Positions 28,790 to 38,288 of a stretch of 48,096 bases of DNA are shown in pieces. Below the pieces are notes generated by a model. The model saw only the letters and a list, made by a program, of their open reading frames with translations. It made no database searches and had not been told where the DNA came from. A program made the position numbers and the translations under genes. Every line of letters begins with the position of its first letter. The stretch's first letter is position 1. The stretch lies in sequence record SRR20825006_1018; one strand, 5' to 3'.

Positions 28790-31564
28790 ATGATTGCCAC
28801 CAGCACCGATTGTCTGAGCGTCGAAGAATTGAACCGTTTGCTCGACGGCCAACTGTCCTCCGACGAGTTCGATTCCGCATCCAAGCACGTCGATGAGTGC
28901 GAACAATGCCAGTCACGCATCCCAGACAAATGGGACGCGTTGTCTTCGGTTGCAAAAGCCGGTACGGAGGAAGACTCCGTCCTAGCCGAATCGGCCTGCC
29001 AATTCGCGGTCGCACGTTTGATGACCGCCCACATCGCGTCCTCCCACGTATCCGCCGACCTGCCCATCGACCAAATTGGTCCCTACGAGATCCTGGGGAA
29101 ACTTGGGCAGGGCGGAATGGGCATGGTCTGTTTGGCTCGCCACAACCGACTGAAACGACAGTGCGCGATCAAGTTGCTGCCGCCTCACCGCGTGATGGAA
29201 CCAGGATGGCTGGATCGTTTCGATCGAGAAATGACAACCATCGCGGCACTCGAACATCCGGGAATTGTTCGTGCCACCGATGCGGGCACCCATTCCGGTT
29301 GGCACTACTTGGTGATGGAACACTTGGACGGAATGGATGTCGGCAAAATCGCCCACCGACTGGGATCACTGCCGGTCGCGGATGCCTGCGAGATCGCTCG
29401 CCAGTCCGCGGTGGCACTGATGCACGTGCACGAAACAGGTTTGATCCATCGCGACGTGAAGCCATCGAACTTGATGCTCACGCGAGACGGGACGGTCAAA
29501 CTATTGGACCTGGGTTTGGTTCTGGCGGGCGACGATCCGCTTGCCACGGACGACCGGCTCACCACCGTTGGACACCTGATGGGTACCTTGCCCGCGATGT
29601 CGCCCGAGCAGTTGCTCGACAGCCGAAAAGTCCAACCGGCGTCCGACATCTATTCGCTCGGCGCGACCCTGTATCGTTTGATCTCTGGCCGTTGGCCGCA
29701 TGCAAACGAAGGTGGGTTGGCGGCACGCGTGTTGGCAATCACGAGCGAGTCCAATCGATCGACTCCGCCTCCGCTGAGCCGTTTGGAACCCTCGGTCGAA
29801 TCGGAACTGGAAACGTTCGTCGGTCAGATGATGCACCGGCAACCCGACCAGCGTCCCAGCGGATCGGTCGTTGCCGAGCGACTTGCGACCTGGTCCGGCG
29901 ATGCCAACTTGAAAGCGTTGCTCAAGCGAGCGGAAGCGACCCCGGTGTCCGACGCACCGATCACACCATCATTCCCACTGGCAACGAAACCTGCTTCACC
30001 ACCACCGGGCGGCGGCAAGCACAACTGGACCGCATGGTTTGGGCCGTTGGGTTGGTTCGCAGCAGCGGCCTTGCTCGCAACGGTCGTGATCCAAATCGAA
30101 ACCGACAAGGGTTTGGTGACGGTGACCACGGACGGCAAAGACACCCAGGTTGCGGTGGAAAAGGACGTCCAAAATTCAATGGAAGAAACCATATCAACAT
30201 CCACCGAGAAATCGCTGGCTGAAGGAATCGACTCAACTGGCGGCGAGAAGATTTATCTCGGCGAAAACCTCGATCATTGGCTCGGAGTCTTCCGTCGCGA
30301 ACAACAAATGGAACGTATTGGCCAAGCCATGCGAGCGGTTGAGTTGCTGTCTCGCAACACGCCCAAACGCGAAGAAGCCGCTCGAGTCACGTTGGAGTTG
30401 GCAAATGAGTACGGGACTCAAATCATTGATGACACTCCAGACCAAAATGGAGGCGGCTTTGGGGGACAAAGCCCTCCGAACCAACGTTTCATGGGCTATC
30501 TGACGCAAACCTTTGACAACTACCTTCCAACCCCTGGCCTTCGACCACTCGGCGAGACGCTGGTGGATGGCAATGAGAAGGCTAAAATCGCAGCCATCAC
30601 GTTGCTCAACCAGTATCTTTCAGGCGTCCAAGGGAACACTTTTTACGCAGAGCGAGAGGAATCAGTGACTGAATTTTTCAGTCAGTCTGGAGCGACCGTC
30701 GATGGCCGATCGAAAACTGAGACTTTGCTTCAACAGCTCGGAAAAGCTTCCGACGACTTAAGGATGTCGGCTTCGAAGGCTAGTCACGAAGACCGCTCCA
30801 TGAACAATGCTGCGGGAGAGGCCTACTACGCTCGCCAGTCAGCTTGGTCAGTTGCCATGCGGATTGTAAAGATGACCGGCCCGCATACTGCAACTCCAAA
30901 CTGGATCGCCGAATACGTCCAAGAACAGGTCGATGAGGCAGTTGCTGTTTACGAACAACGTGAGATCGATCCAGACACAGGGCAAACCCAATGGGACTAC
31001 ACCAATCCCAATGCAGCCTACGGTTTTTCAATGGGCGGTTTCGGCGGAGGCTCGCAAATGATCACCAGCCCGACTGCCCCTGACTGGCTGTTGTCGCGTG
31101 AACTCTTCCTCGCCGCCATCGAAATGCAAAGGGAAGGTCGGCTCGATTTACCTATCCAGTTCGCAGCGGAGACGCTAGCCCATCCGAGTTTCAATTGGTA
31201 CTCGATGGACGATTCGTCCCTCAACAACGTAGTCCGAGCCTTGGCAACGATCGATCCGGAAGCTCCTTCCCTGATCGCATTTCATCTCGACCGAAGCTTC
31301 CAAGAAATGGACCGCCAATACCAAGCTAGCCAGAACGCAGAATGGCTTCGCCCGCTGACGTATTTTCAGCAGCGTCTCAAAGAAGGTCTGGCATCCGTCT
31401 ACACCACTCACGTCGATCACCCCAAACAGGCTCACGATCGACTCGGACGGTTGGTCAACTCGTTGCCAAAGCTGTCGTCACTCCAACTCACCACCGACCA
31501 CGACCAAGACTTCTGGCTCTCCATGCTAAACGACCTCAAACAGCGATCCGAAAGCGAGCGATAG
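28790..31564 (+). CDS. Membrane Hanks-type Ser/Thr protein kinase with N-terminal HxxxCxxC zinc finger
   Basis: LGQGGMG, AIK, HRDVKPSN, DLG, MSPEQ, SDIYSLG; TM WFAAAALLATVVIQI; HVDECEQC. Confidence 0.93.
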   Translation: MIATSTDCLSVEELNRLLDGQLSSDEFDSASKHVDECEQCQSRIPDKWDALSSVAKAGTEEDSVLAESACQFAVARLMTAHIASSHVSADLPIDQIGPYEILGKLGQGGMGMVCLARHNRLKRQCAIKLLPPHRVMEPGWLDRFDREMTTIAALEHPGIVRATDAGTHSGWHYLVMEHLDGMDVGKIAHRLGSLPVADACEIARQSAVALMHVHETGLIHRDVKPSNLMLTRDGTVKLLDLGLVLAGDDPLATDDRLTTVGHLMGTLPAMSPEQLLDSRKVQPASDIYSLGATLYRLISGRWPHANEGGLAARVLAITSESNRSTPPPLSRLEPSVESELETFVGQMMHRQPDQRPSGSVVAERLATWSGDANLKALLKRAEATPVSDAPITPSFPLATKPASPPPGGGKHNWTAWFGPLGWFAAAALLATVVIQIETDKGLVTVTTDGKDTQVAVEKDVQNSMEETISTSTEKSLAEGIDSTGGEKIYLGENLDHWLGVFRREQQMERIGQAMRAVELLSRNTPKREEAARVTLELANEYGTQIIDDTPDQNGGGFGGQSPPNQRFMGYLTQTFDNYLPTPGLRPLGETLVDGNEKAKIAAITLLNQYLSGVQGNTFYAEREESVTEFFSQSGATVDGRSKTETLLQQLGKASDDLRMSASKASHEDRSMNNAAGEAYYARQSAWSVAMRIVKMTGPHTATPNWIAEYVQEQVDEAVAVYEQREIDPDTGQTQWDYTNPNAAYGFSMGGFGGGSQMITSPTAPDWLLSRELFLAAIEMQREGRLDLPIQFAAETLAHPSFNWYSMDDSSLNNVVRALATIDPEAPSLIAFHLDRSFQEMDRQYQASQNAEWLRPLTYFQQRLKEGLASVYTTHVDHPKQAHDRLGRLVNSLPKLSSLQLTTDHDQDFWLSMLNDLKQRSESER

Positions 31565-31600
31565 CGTCGGCCTGGAATTCTTCATCGAAGACTGTTTCAG

Positions 31601-31711
31601 GAACACTAATCGACGCTAATCGTACACTAATCTTCGAGGCAATCACTCTCCAGCTCACAACGATTAGTGCGAGATCAGAGGAGATTAGTGTTCCCCCGCC
31701 TCCACCATCTC
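31601..31711. repeat. Long palindromic element, copy 1
   Basis: Left arm gaacactaatcgacgctaatcgtacactaatc; right arm gattagtgcgagatcagaggagattagtgttc (25/32 complementary); C-rich tail. Confidence 0.88.
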
Positions 31712-31824
31712 GGCAACACGGAATCCAACACAAAGAGTTGTCGCGAAGTACAAAACGCAAACTGCCTCGCCTAGCGACCTACGCTATCGCTATCGCTGCA
31801 GATTGCCTGCCGGACGAATTTGAA

Positions 31825-31939
31825 GAACACTAATCGACGCTAATCGCACACTAATTTCGAAGGCAATTACGCTCTCAGTTCACAACGATTAGTGTGCGAT
31901 GAGAGAAGATTAGTGTTCCCCCCCGGCGTCCACCACCTC
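31825..31939. repeat. Long palindromic element, copy 2 (direct repeat of copy 1, 224 bp apart)
   Basis: gaacactaatcgacgctaatcgcacactaat...attagtgtgcgatgagagaagattagtgttc with a similar loop and C-rich tail. Confidence 0.88.
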
Positions 31940-31946
31940 AATGACT

Positions 31947-32339
31947 TCATTGCGAATGCAAATCATCGATCACGAATCGCTTCCATTCCAAGTCACCCTT
32001 CTTTCCAAAGTTGATGAGGTAACCAACTCGTTTCCGGGCGATTCGCATGTAGTTGAATAACTGAGCTTTATGATCAGAGCAAAGTTCTTTCAAAGCCTTC
32101 AGCTCGACCACGATTCCACCGAAAACTAACAGGTCAGGTCGGTACTTCGGAGCCAAAAGATGCCCCTTGAAATACACGCTTATTTCAGCTTGGGCAACGA
32201 ATGAGATCCCCCTCAATCCGAGCTCCACCTCCAAAGCGGACTGATAGACTTCCTCTGCCATTCCATAGCCAAGTTGATTGTAGACCTCGAATGCGGCCCC
32301 CATCAGGTCGTAGCCTTCTTGCTTGAACATGAATCCCAC
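31947..32339 (-). CDS. GxxExxY protein (PD-(D/E)XK nuclease fold)
   Basis: LGYGMAEEVYQ (GxxExxY), PDLLV..IVVELKA, AQLFNYM, GYLINFG. Alternative ATG at 32330. Confidence 0.93.
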   Translation of the reverse strand: MGFMFKQEGYDLMGAAFEVYNQLGYGMAEEVYQSALEVELGLRGISFVAQAEISVYFKGHLLAPKYRPDLLVFGGIVVELKALKELCSDHKAQLFNYMRIARKRVGYLINFGKKGDLEWKRFVIDDLHSQ

Positions 32340-32430
32340 CTAGAAACTGCGGATCGCACGGTTCCCTTGGCCCTCGAACCTTAAGCGTGCGTCTGAAACG
32401 CCTTCGGTCAGAAGTCTTCACGTCAATCTA

Positions 32431-33495
32431 TCAAATCACCCGACCTTGTTCTGGCAGCACCTTTTGGAGTTGCTCGATGGCGGTGGGAGAGTTGACTGAC
32501 AGAGCGGTTGGTATTTGAAGTGGCAGGGTCACCGATCCATCGCCGCGGATGACCATTGAGTTCGTCCAAGGACTCGCGGGCATGAATGCTTTCGCATGCT
32601 CCACACCAGGGTCACATCCACCGATTTGCAGATCAACCGAACGATCGCCGGACATTCGATGGCCGATCCCCACCAACCGAATCATGGGAGTGGAATCGGT
32701 CTCTGAATCAGACACGATCGACGCAAGTGATTCATTGGTTTGCCAAGCATGCACGCTTCGCAGCGTCGCGGCGGGATCCAAGGTCACGCAAACACAACGA
32801 GCTGACTCATTGCGACGACGAGTGATTCTCGCGATCATCGCGGCGGTCATCTCCGCTTCGTCCGCATCAAGTGCTCCCGGACCGATCACGATTGCCGCGT
32901 ACGAGCTTTCGTGAAAATGCTTGGCCCAGGCTTGAAACTCAGAACCTTCTTCGGTCGCTTCCGGGTGCTCGATCGCATGATGCATCCGACCAGCAAAATC
33001 GGCGGTCCATCGCTCCCAACGCTTCACCTTTCGCTTGCCATCCGTTGCACTGGAGACAGCGGACTCCAAACGCAGTTTTGCTTCCAAACGAGGCCAAGCC
33101 GGATCGACTTCACCAATCAACCAAACCAAATCGGCGTGCGTGACGACTTCGGAAAGTGTTGCGGCAAAGATCCCGTCACGTCGCGTGACCGTTCCAATGG
33201 CCAGGAGCGAAGGATCCGATTCGATTTCAACTTCGATCACCCCGTCGGATTGCCACTGAACCAACTGCCGAGCCGCCACCAGATCCACCCCCGAAGTGAT
33301 CACGCGAATGGGTTGCTTGCAGCCGGCGATCCGGGCCAACGTCGCCTTGTCCGTTCGAGCCACTTGGTTCACCAACGAACCCGCCGACTCAGCGATCTCG
33401 CACCCGTTTGCCTGAACCGATCCGTCCGCGTTCACCACGACATCGTCGCAGTGCAGTGGACAGAGCGGGCAAACAACACGAGACGGTTCGCTCAC
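32431..33495 (-). CDS. fhcB: Formylmethanofuran dehydrogenase / formyltransferase-hydrolase subunit B-like protein
   Basis: N-terminal VVCPLCPLHCDDV; ATLSEVVTHADLVWLIG; C-terminal IRGDGSVTLPL resemble FwdB/FhcB. Confidence 0.7.
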   Translation of the reverse strand: MSEPSRVVCPLCPLHCDDVVVNADGSVQANGCEIAESAGSLVNQVARTDKATLARIAGCKQPIRVITSGVDLVAARQLVQWQSDGVIEVEIESDPSLLAIGTVTRRDGIFAATLSEVVTHADLVWLIGEVDPAWPRLEAKLRLESAVSSATDGKRKVKRWERWTADFAGRMHHAIEHPEATEEGSEFQAWAKHFHESSYAAIVIGPGALDADEAEMTAAMIARITRRRNESARCVCVTLDPAATLRSVHAWQTNESLASIVSDSETDSTPMIRLVGIGHRMSGDRSVDLQIGGCDPGVEHAKAFMPASPWTNSMVIRGDGSVTLPLQIPTALSVNSPTAIEQLQKVLPEQGRVI

Positions 33496-35513
33496 GAATC
33501 CGTTCCGCCATCCTCGGCTGAGAAATCATCTCGCACCGAGAGTTCTTTCACGGCTTTGACCAATTCAATGGCATTTTCAACCGGGGTTTGTTGCAACACG
33601 CCATGACCGAGATTGAAGATGTGTCCGGGACGCCCGCCGGCCTTGTTCAAAACATCTTGCACGGCCGCGCGAATGGTCTTGGCATCGGTCAACAACACCG
33701 ACGGGTCCAGGTTGCCTTGGACCGAGATGTCATGCCCGACCCGTTTCCAGGCCACGTCCAGTTCGATCCGCCAATCGACTCCCACCACCGTCCGACGATC
33801 GCCACGCAACAAAGGCAACAATTCAGGATTGCCGGTTGCGAAGTTGATCAGTGGCACGCCAGGAGTCACGCCTTCCAAGATGCGTTTCATCCAAGGCAGC
33901 ACAAACTCGCTGTAGTCACCTGGCGACAAACAACCAGCCCAACTGTCGAACAATTGCACACACTGGGCTCCCGCTGAGATCTGCTCGTTCAGGTAGACGA
34001 TGATTGCGTCGGTCAACCGATCCATCAACGCGGCCCAGCCCCCATCGCCGGCCCGCATCAAAGCTTTCGTGCTGCTGTATTGGCGGCTGCCGCCACCTTC
34101 GATCGCATAACTGGCCAGCGTGAACGGAGCGCCAGCGAATCCGATCAACGGAATCCCCTCGGGCAGGTCCGCTCGCGTTTGCTTGACCGTCTCATAGACG
34201 AACCCAAGATCCTGCGGGCTGTCGAGTCCTTTGACTCGGTCGACATCCGCCGCCGACCGAACCGGGTTGTGAATGACTGGTCCATCGCCTTTGACGAACT
34301 CCAAGTCGAATCCCATCGGAACCAAGATCGGCAACAAGTCCGAGAAAATGATCGCCGCGTCGACATTCAGCTTTTCGACGGCCGTGCACATCACTTCGCT
34401 GCACAACTTAGGATTGGCGCAGAGTTCCAAGAACGTTTGCTGCGATCGAACTTCCCGGTACTCCTGCATGTAGCGACCGGCTTGCCGCATCATCCAAACC
34501 GGGGTGCGGGGCGTGGGCTCACCGCGACACGCACGCATGAACAAACTGGACTGGGAGGGATGATCGTCGATGGCGGGCATAGGTATCTTGCTAGCAGAAA
34601 TGAGACTGGAATCATCTGCCCGCAGAGAGACAGACGTTTGAGAAGTGGATGACTGGGAGCCAGACGATCTCTCGCGAACTTCGTCGACCAAACGTTTGGC
34701 ATCGCGAGCCGACTCGCTGACGAGGTGCCCCATTTTTGGATGCGATGGTTCCATCGCGATGGCCAAATCGTGTTCTCGCAACATGTCGCTGGTCGTTGGC
34801 CCGATTGACACGATCGCGGTCTTTGACAAACCGTCGCGAAGCGAATCGCTCACGCCAAGGTCTTCGGCCATGCGGAGCAAGTTGACGACTTGATGAGCAC
34901 TGGTGACCAACAAGATGTCTCGTTCGCCTTCGGCCAAAGCCAGCGTGTTCGCCTTTAGCGGCTGAGTGTCTTCGGGGAATTCCCAACCGTAGACTTTGAC
35001 GGATTCGGCAATCGCACCGCGAGCTTCCAAGCCGGCGATCAACTGTTTGTTGCTGACGCCGTATTCTTGAATTCCAATCGTTTGATTCGCGATCGGAATC
35101 CCCGCGTCGATCGTTTGCAACAATTCTCGCCAAGTGTTTGGCTCCGGCACGCGGTGGGTCGGCTTCAACCCAAACTCTCGCATCACCGCGACCGGTTTAG
35201 GGCCGCGGCAGATCGTTGTGATGTCGCTCAAGGCGTCGATCAACCGTTGTTGGTCGACGTGTTTTTCAGTCGCTTTGAGCAAATATCGAAAACCAACGCC
35301 GGTCATCACAATCACGATACCAATGTCACCGGTGATGATCCGATAAGCAAAATCAATCGCTGCCCGGTTGGGTTCGATCGGCACCTCTCGCATCGATGGA
35401 CTGACAAACGCTTCGCCCCCGAATTTGCAAATCAATCGCGTCATATCGTCAGCCCGTCGGCTTTCGAGAGCGGCCACGCGAAGGCCGTCAAAATTGTTAG
35501 TTGTCGCGGCCAT
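33492..35513 (-). CDS. hemE: Uroporphyrinogen-III synthase (HemD) - uroporphyrinogen decarboxylase (HemE) fusion
   Basis: N-half GLRVAALESRR...ICRGPKP...SIGPTT is HemD-like. C-half PVWMMRQAGRY, IIFSDLL, QLFDSWAG, VQGNLDP, HIFNLGHG is HemE. Confidence 0.92.
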   Translation of the reverse strand: MAATTNNFDGLRVAALESRRADDMTRLICKFGGEAFVSPSMREVPIEPNRAAIDFAYRIITGDIGIVIVMTGVGFRYLLKATEKHVDQQRLIDALSDITTICRGPKPVAVMREFGLKPTHRVPEPNTWRELLQTIDAGIPIANQTIGIQEYGVSNKQLIAGLEARGAIAESVKVYGWEFPEDTQPLKANTLALAEGERDILLVTSAHQVVNLLRMAEDLGVSDSLRDGLSKTAIVSIGPTTSDMLREHDLAIAMEPSHPKMGHLVSESARDAKRLVDEVRERSSGSQSSTSQTSVSLRADDSSLISASKIPMPAIDDHPSQSSLFMRACRGEPTPRTPVWMMRQAGRYMQEYREVRSQQTFLELCANPKLCSEVMCTAVEKLNVDAAIIFSDLLPILVPMGFDLEFVKGDGPVIHNPVRSAADVDRVKGLDSPQDLGFVYETVKQTRADLPEGIPLIGFAGAPFTLASYAIEGGGSRQYSSTKALMRAGDGGWAALMDRLTDAIIVYLNEQISAGAQCVQLFDSWAGCLSPGDYSEFVLPWMKRILEGVTPGVPLINFATGNPELLPLLRGDRRTVVGVDWRIELDVAWKRVGHDISVQGNLDPSVLLTDAKTIRAAVQDVLNKAGGRPGHIFNLGHGVLQQTPVENAIELVKAVKELSVRDDFSAEDGGTDS

Positions 35514-35646
35514 GCGGGTTTGGAATCCGGAAGGGGGTTGGGCAAATCGAGTCGGCAGAAAGCTGGAAGGGAAGATTGTAGAGATTTTGCGTCGCGTTAC
35601 GATGACGGCACACGGTCTTTCGCCTTCCCCTCAACAGCTTCTTTGC

Positions 35647-36309
35647 ATGCCTCGCGCCGCCCTCCGAAAACCCAACCCCGCCTTGGACCTGGATTCCTGG
35701 CTGAAAACGCCCGAGGACTTGCCAGCGACAATCAACAGCCAAACGCTGTTCGGCAACGATCAACCATTGGAAATTGAGGTCGGCAGCGGGAAGGGGTTGT
35801 TCATCCAAACGGAATCCGATCGTCGTCCCGAGCACAATTACTTCGGGATTGAAATTGCTCGCAAATACGCCGCTCACGCTGCCGCCAGATTGGCCAAACG
35901 CGAGCGTGCCAACGCAAAAATGTTGGCTGGCGACGCCACGCCGCTGTTCGAGGTAACTGACGAGGGAAAACGAATCGAAGATGGGTCACTCGATGGCGTG
36001 CACGTTTACTTCCCCGATCCGTGGTGGAAAAAGCGACATCGCAAGCGACGCGTCCTCAGCCACGACAACATTCTCAACTTCAGCCGCTGCCTTCGCGTGG
36101 GTGGGCGACTGCACTTCTGGACCGATGTGCTGGATTACTTCGAGCTGACCGTCGAATTGATCGCCGAGATCGCACCGGAACTGGGCGTGCCGTTGCCGGA
36201 AACGCAGCGAGAATCGACTCACGATTTGGACTTCCACACCCACTTCGAACGACGCAGCCGCAAGATGGGCATTCCGGTTTACCGAGTTTGCTACCGCAAA
36301 CGTTCGTAG
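35647..36309 (+). CDS. trmB: tRNA (guanine-N7)-methyltransferase
   Basis: LEIEVGSGKG, FGIEI, FPDPWWKKRHRKRR, WTD, THFERR. Confidence 0.93.
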   Translation: MPRAALRKPNPALDLDSWLKTPEDLPATINSQTLFGNDQPLEIEVGSGKGLFIQTESDRRPEHNYFGIEIARKYAAHAAARLAKRERANAKMLAGDATPLFEVTDEGKRIEDGSLDGVHVYFPDPWWKKRHRKRRVLSHDNILNFSRCLRVGGRLHFWTDVLDYFELTVELIAEIAPELGVPLPETQRESTHDLDFHTHFERRSRKMGIPVYRVCYRKRS

Positions 36310-36325
36310 TTTGCAGGCTGAATTT

Positions 36326-36506
36326 GTACGTTGGGCTTCCAAGCCCGACGGAAGAGATGGTTTCGCAATCGTCATCGGGCATGTGAGCCGCTCGGCGTTC
36401 GCCACGGCTCCCGCGCTCGACCGGGGCGAATACCCAAACGGCCCACGGGATTTACCCCAACCATTCCTGCTTCGATGGTTTCGCCGGGCTTGGAAGCCCA
36501 GCGTAC
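36326..36506. repeat. Nested REP/REPIN- or MITE-like inverted-repeat element
   Basis: Outer 25-bp IR at 36326-36350 / 36482-36506 (2 mismatches); inner imperfect IR at 36383-36407 / 36421-36446. Confidence 0.8.
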
Positions 36507-36523
36507 GCTTTGAAAGACACCAA

Positions 36524-37312
36524 CTACGGCCAGCTCGGCTTGCGTTTTTCAAGGAACGCAGAAACACCTTCGGCGGCGGATTCGGTCGTGCACGCCGAGG
36601 CACTGTCCGCCGCTGCAGCAGATATTTGAGTCAGCAAGGCTTCACCGACGCTTTCGTTGAGCAAACGCTTGGACGCCTGCACCGCCTCGGCGGGCCCTTC
36701 GCTGCAACGAGCTGCCCACTGGCTGGCCGCCACCCAAACTTGATCCGACGCCACCGGTGATTGGCACAGCAGATTCAGTCGCTGAGCTTCTTCCGCGTCG
36801 ATGTTCTCACCCGCCAAAGTCAACCTGGCAGCGGCCGCTGCACCGATCCGGAACGACAACAACGCGGTCGTCACTCCGCCAACCAATCCGCGTCGCGCAG
36901 CATCGGCGGCAAAGGTGGCTCGTTTGCTGGCCACGCACAAATCCGACGCTAGCATAAGCGCGAACCCCGCCCCAATCGCCGCTCCATCCACAGCAGCAAT
37001 GATTGGCTTGGGAAACCGAAGCATCTTCTCGCAGGTTTCGGAGACCGCCCGCCAATATTCGAACCACTGCTGCATCCGTTCCGACTCGGGCAAATCCGCG
37101 ATCTGCTGAAAGACTTGCAGGTCGACTCCCGAGCAAAAATGATCGCCTCGCGAAGACAGAACGACCGCCCGAGCCCTTTTTTCTTGGTGCACATCACCGA
37201 GAGCTTCGTTGAGATCAAACAACAGTCCGGGACTGAGAGCACCGTGCTTTTCCGGCCGATCAATCAAAACGGTCGCCACGTTGTCGTGAATTCGAACATC
37301 CAGATGTTGCAT
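36524..37312 (-). CDS. Enoyl-CoA hydratase/isomerase family protein
   Basis: FCSGVDL, PKPIIAAVDGAAIGAGFALMLASD, EGVSAFLEKRKPSW; start MQHLDVRI. Confidence 0.9.
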   Translation of the reverse strand: MQHLDVRIHDNVATVLIDRPEKHGALSPGLLFDLNEALGDVHQEKRARAVVLSSRGDHFCSGVDLQVFQQIADLPESERMQQWFEYWRAVSETCEKMLRFPKPIIAAVDGAAIGAGFALMLASDLCVASKRATFAADAARRGLVGGVTTALLSFRIGAAAAARLTLAGENIDAEEAQRLNLLCQSPVASDQVWVAASQWAARCSEGPAEAVQASKRLLNESVGEALLTQISAAAADSASACTTESAAEGVSAFLEKRKPSWP

Positions 37313-37364
37313 GAGAAAAGCCTGTTGAGAGCATCGGCAGAGAAAAACATCGCGTCGCAGATCT

Positions 37365-38288
37365 TCAATCCAGAAGCGACAACTGTTCAGGAGATTGTGG
37401 AGGGCGGGGCAGGGTGAAGTCCACACCCGGCATCGCATCGGACATTTTCGAAAGCAGTAATTTGGCAAACAACGGTGCCAAACGATCATCGGGCGTATGC
37501 GTGAACACAATCGGTCGCAGTTCCGCCTTCAACCAACCGACCACGATCGGCACCCATTGATCGAGGAACGCTTCGGCAAGCTCGATTCGGTTGCGTCCGA
37601 CGATTCGTAACATCGGACGTTTGGCGGTGACCGTTTGGCGAACCGGGGTACGCGGCTTTCTTGCCTGCGATTTCTCTTCGATGGCATCTTCCGGCGGCGA
37701 CTGAAACAGGGGACGGCTGTCAAACGTGACCTTGTCGATCTGCAAGTCCCACAGCAGATCATTCACGCGAGCCTCATTGTCCGCTGAATCAAACCAATCG
37801 TGATGCCGAAGCTCCACCGCCCACGGCAATTCTCGTGGCAAACGGCGGAGGAACTTCGCCAGAATAGGCAATCGATCCGGACCAAAATTCGGCCCGAGCT
37901 GCAAAAACGTCGGCCCCAAACGATTCTCCTTGGCAACCACACGCAATCGAGCCAAAAACTCTCGCACCTCGTCATCGCAGTGCTGCAGCATGCTGTCGTG
38001 CGAAATTCGCTTTGGGAATTTGAAGCAAAACTCAAAACCATCGGCCGCTTGCTCCGCCCAACCGCGAAAAGTCTGCTCGCCGGGGACCGCATAAAACGTG
38101 CTGTTTCCCTCGACCGTGTTGAACGTACGCGTGTACCACGAAAGCCACTCGGTTCGAGGTGTCTTTTTGGGATAGACCACGTCACCCCATCCGTCGCAGG
38201 ACCAAACTGGAGCACCAATCGACATCGGCCAAGATGGTGACGAAAATGTTTCGTTGGGCTGTTTCACGCGGCGAGATTCAGGCGGCAT
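37365..38288 (-). CDS. DUF72 domain-containing protein
   Basis: FNTVEGNSTFYA, FCFKFPKRISH, FLQLGPNF, AVELRH. Confidence 0.9.
   Translation of the reverse strand: MPPESRRVKQPNETFSSPSWPMSIGAPVWSCDGWGDVVYPKKTPRTEWLSWYTRTFNTVEGNSTFYAVPGEQTFRGWAEQAADGFEFCFKFPKRISHDSMLQHCDDEVREFLARLRVVAKENRLGPTFLQLGPNFGPDRLPILAKFLRRLPRELPWAVELRHHDWFDSADNEARVNDLLWDLQIDKVTFDSRPLFQSPPEDAIEEKSQARKPRTPVRQTVTAKRPMLRIVGRNRIELAEAFLDQWVPIVVGWLKAELRPIVFTHTPDDRLAPLFAKLLLSKMSDAMPGVDFTLPRPPQSPEQLSLLD

Noticed and set aside
28897-30222. 441-aa alternative-frame ORF inside the kinase
   Set aside because: Arg/Gly/Pro-rich with no motifs; a typical shadow ORF of GC-rich coding DNA.
31342-31833. 163-aa ORF spanning the kinase end and palindrome 1
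   Set aside because: Overlaps the kinase and merely translates the repeat.
31601-31939. CRISPR array interpretation of the repeats
   Set aside because: Only two ~110-bp units, whose loops are similar rather than unique spacers; no cas genes nearby.
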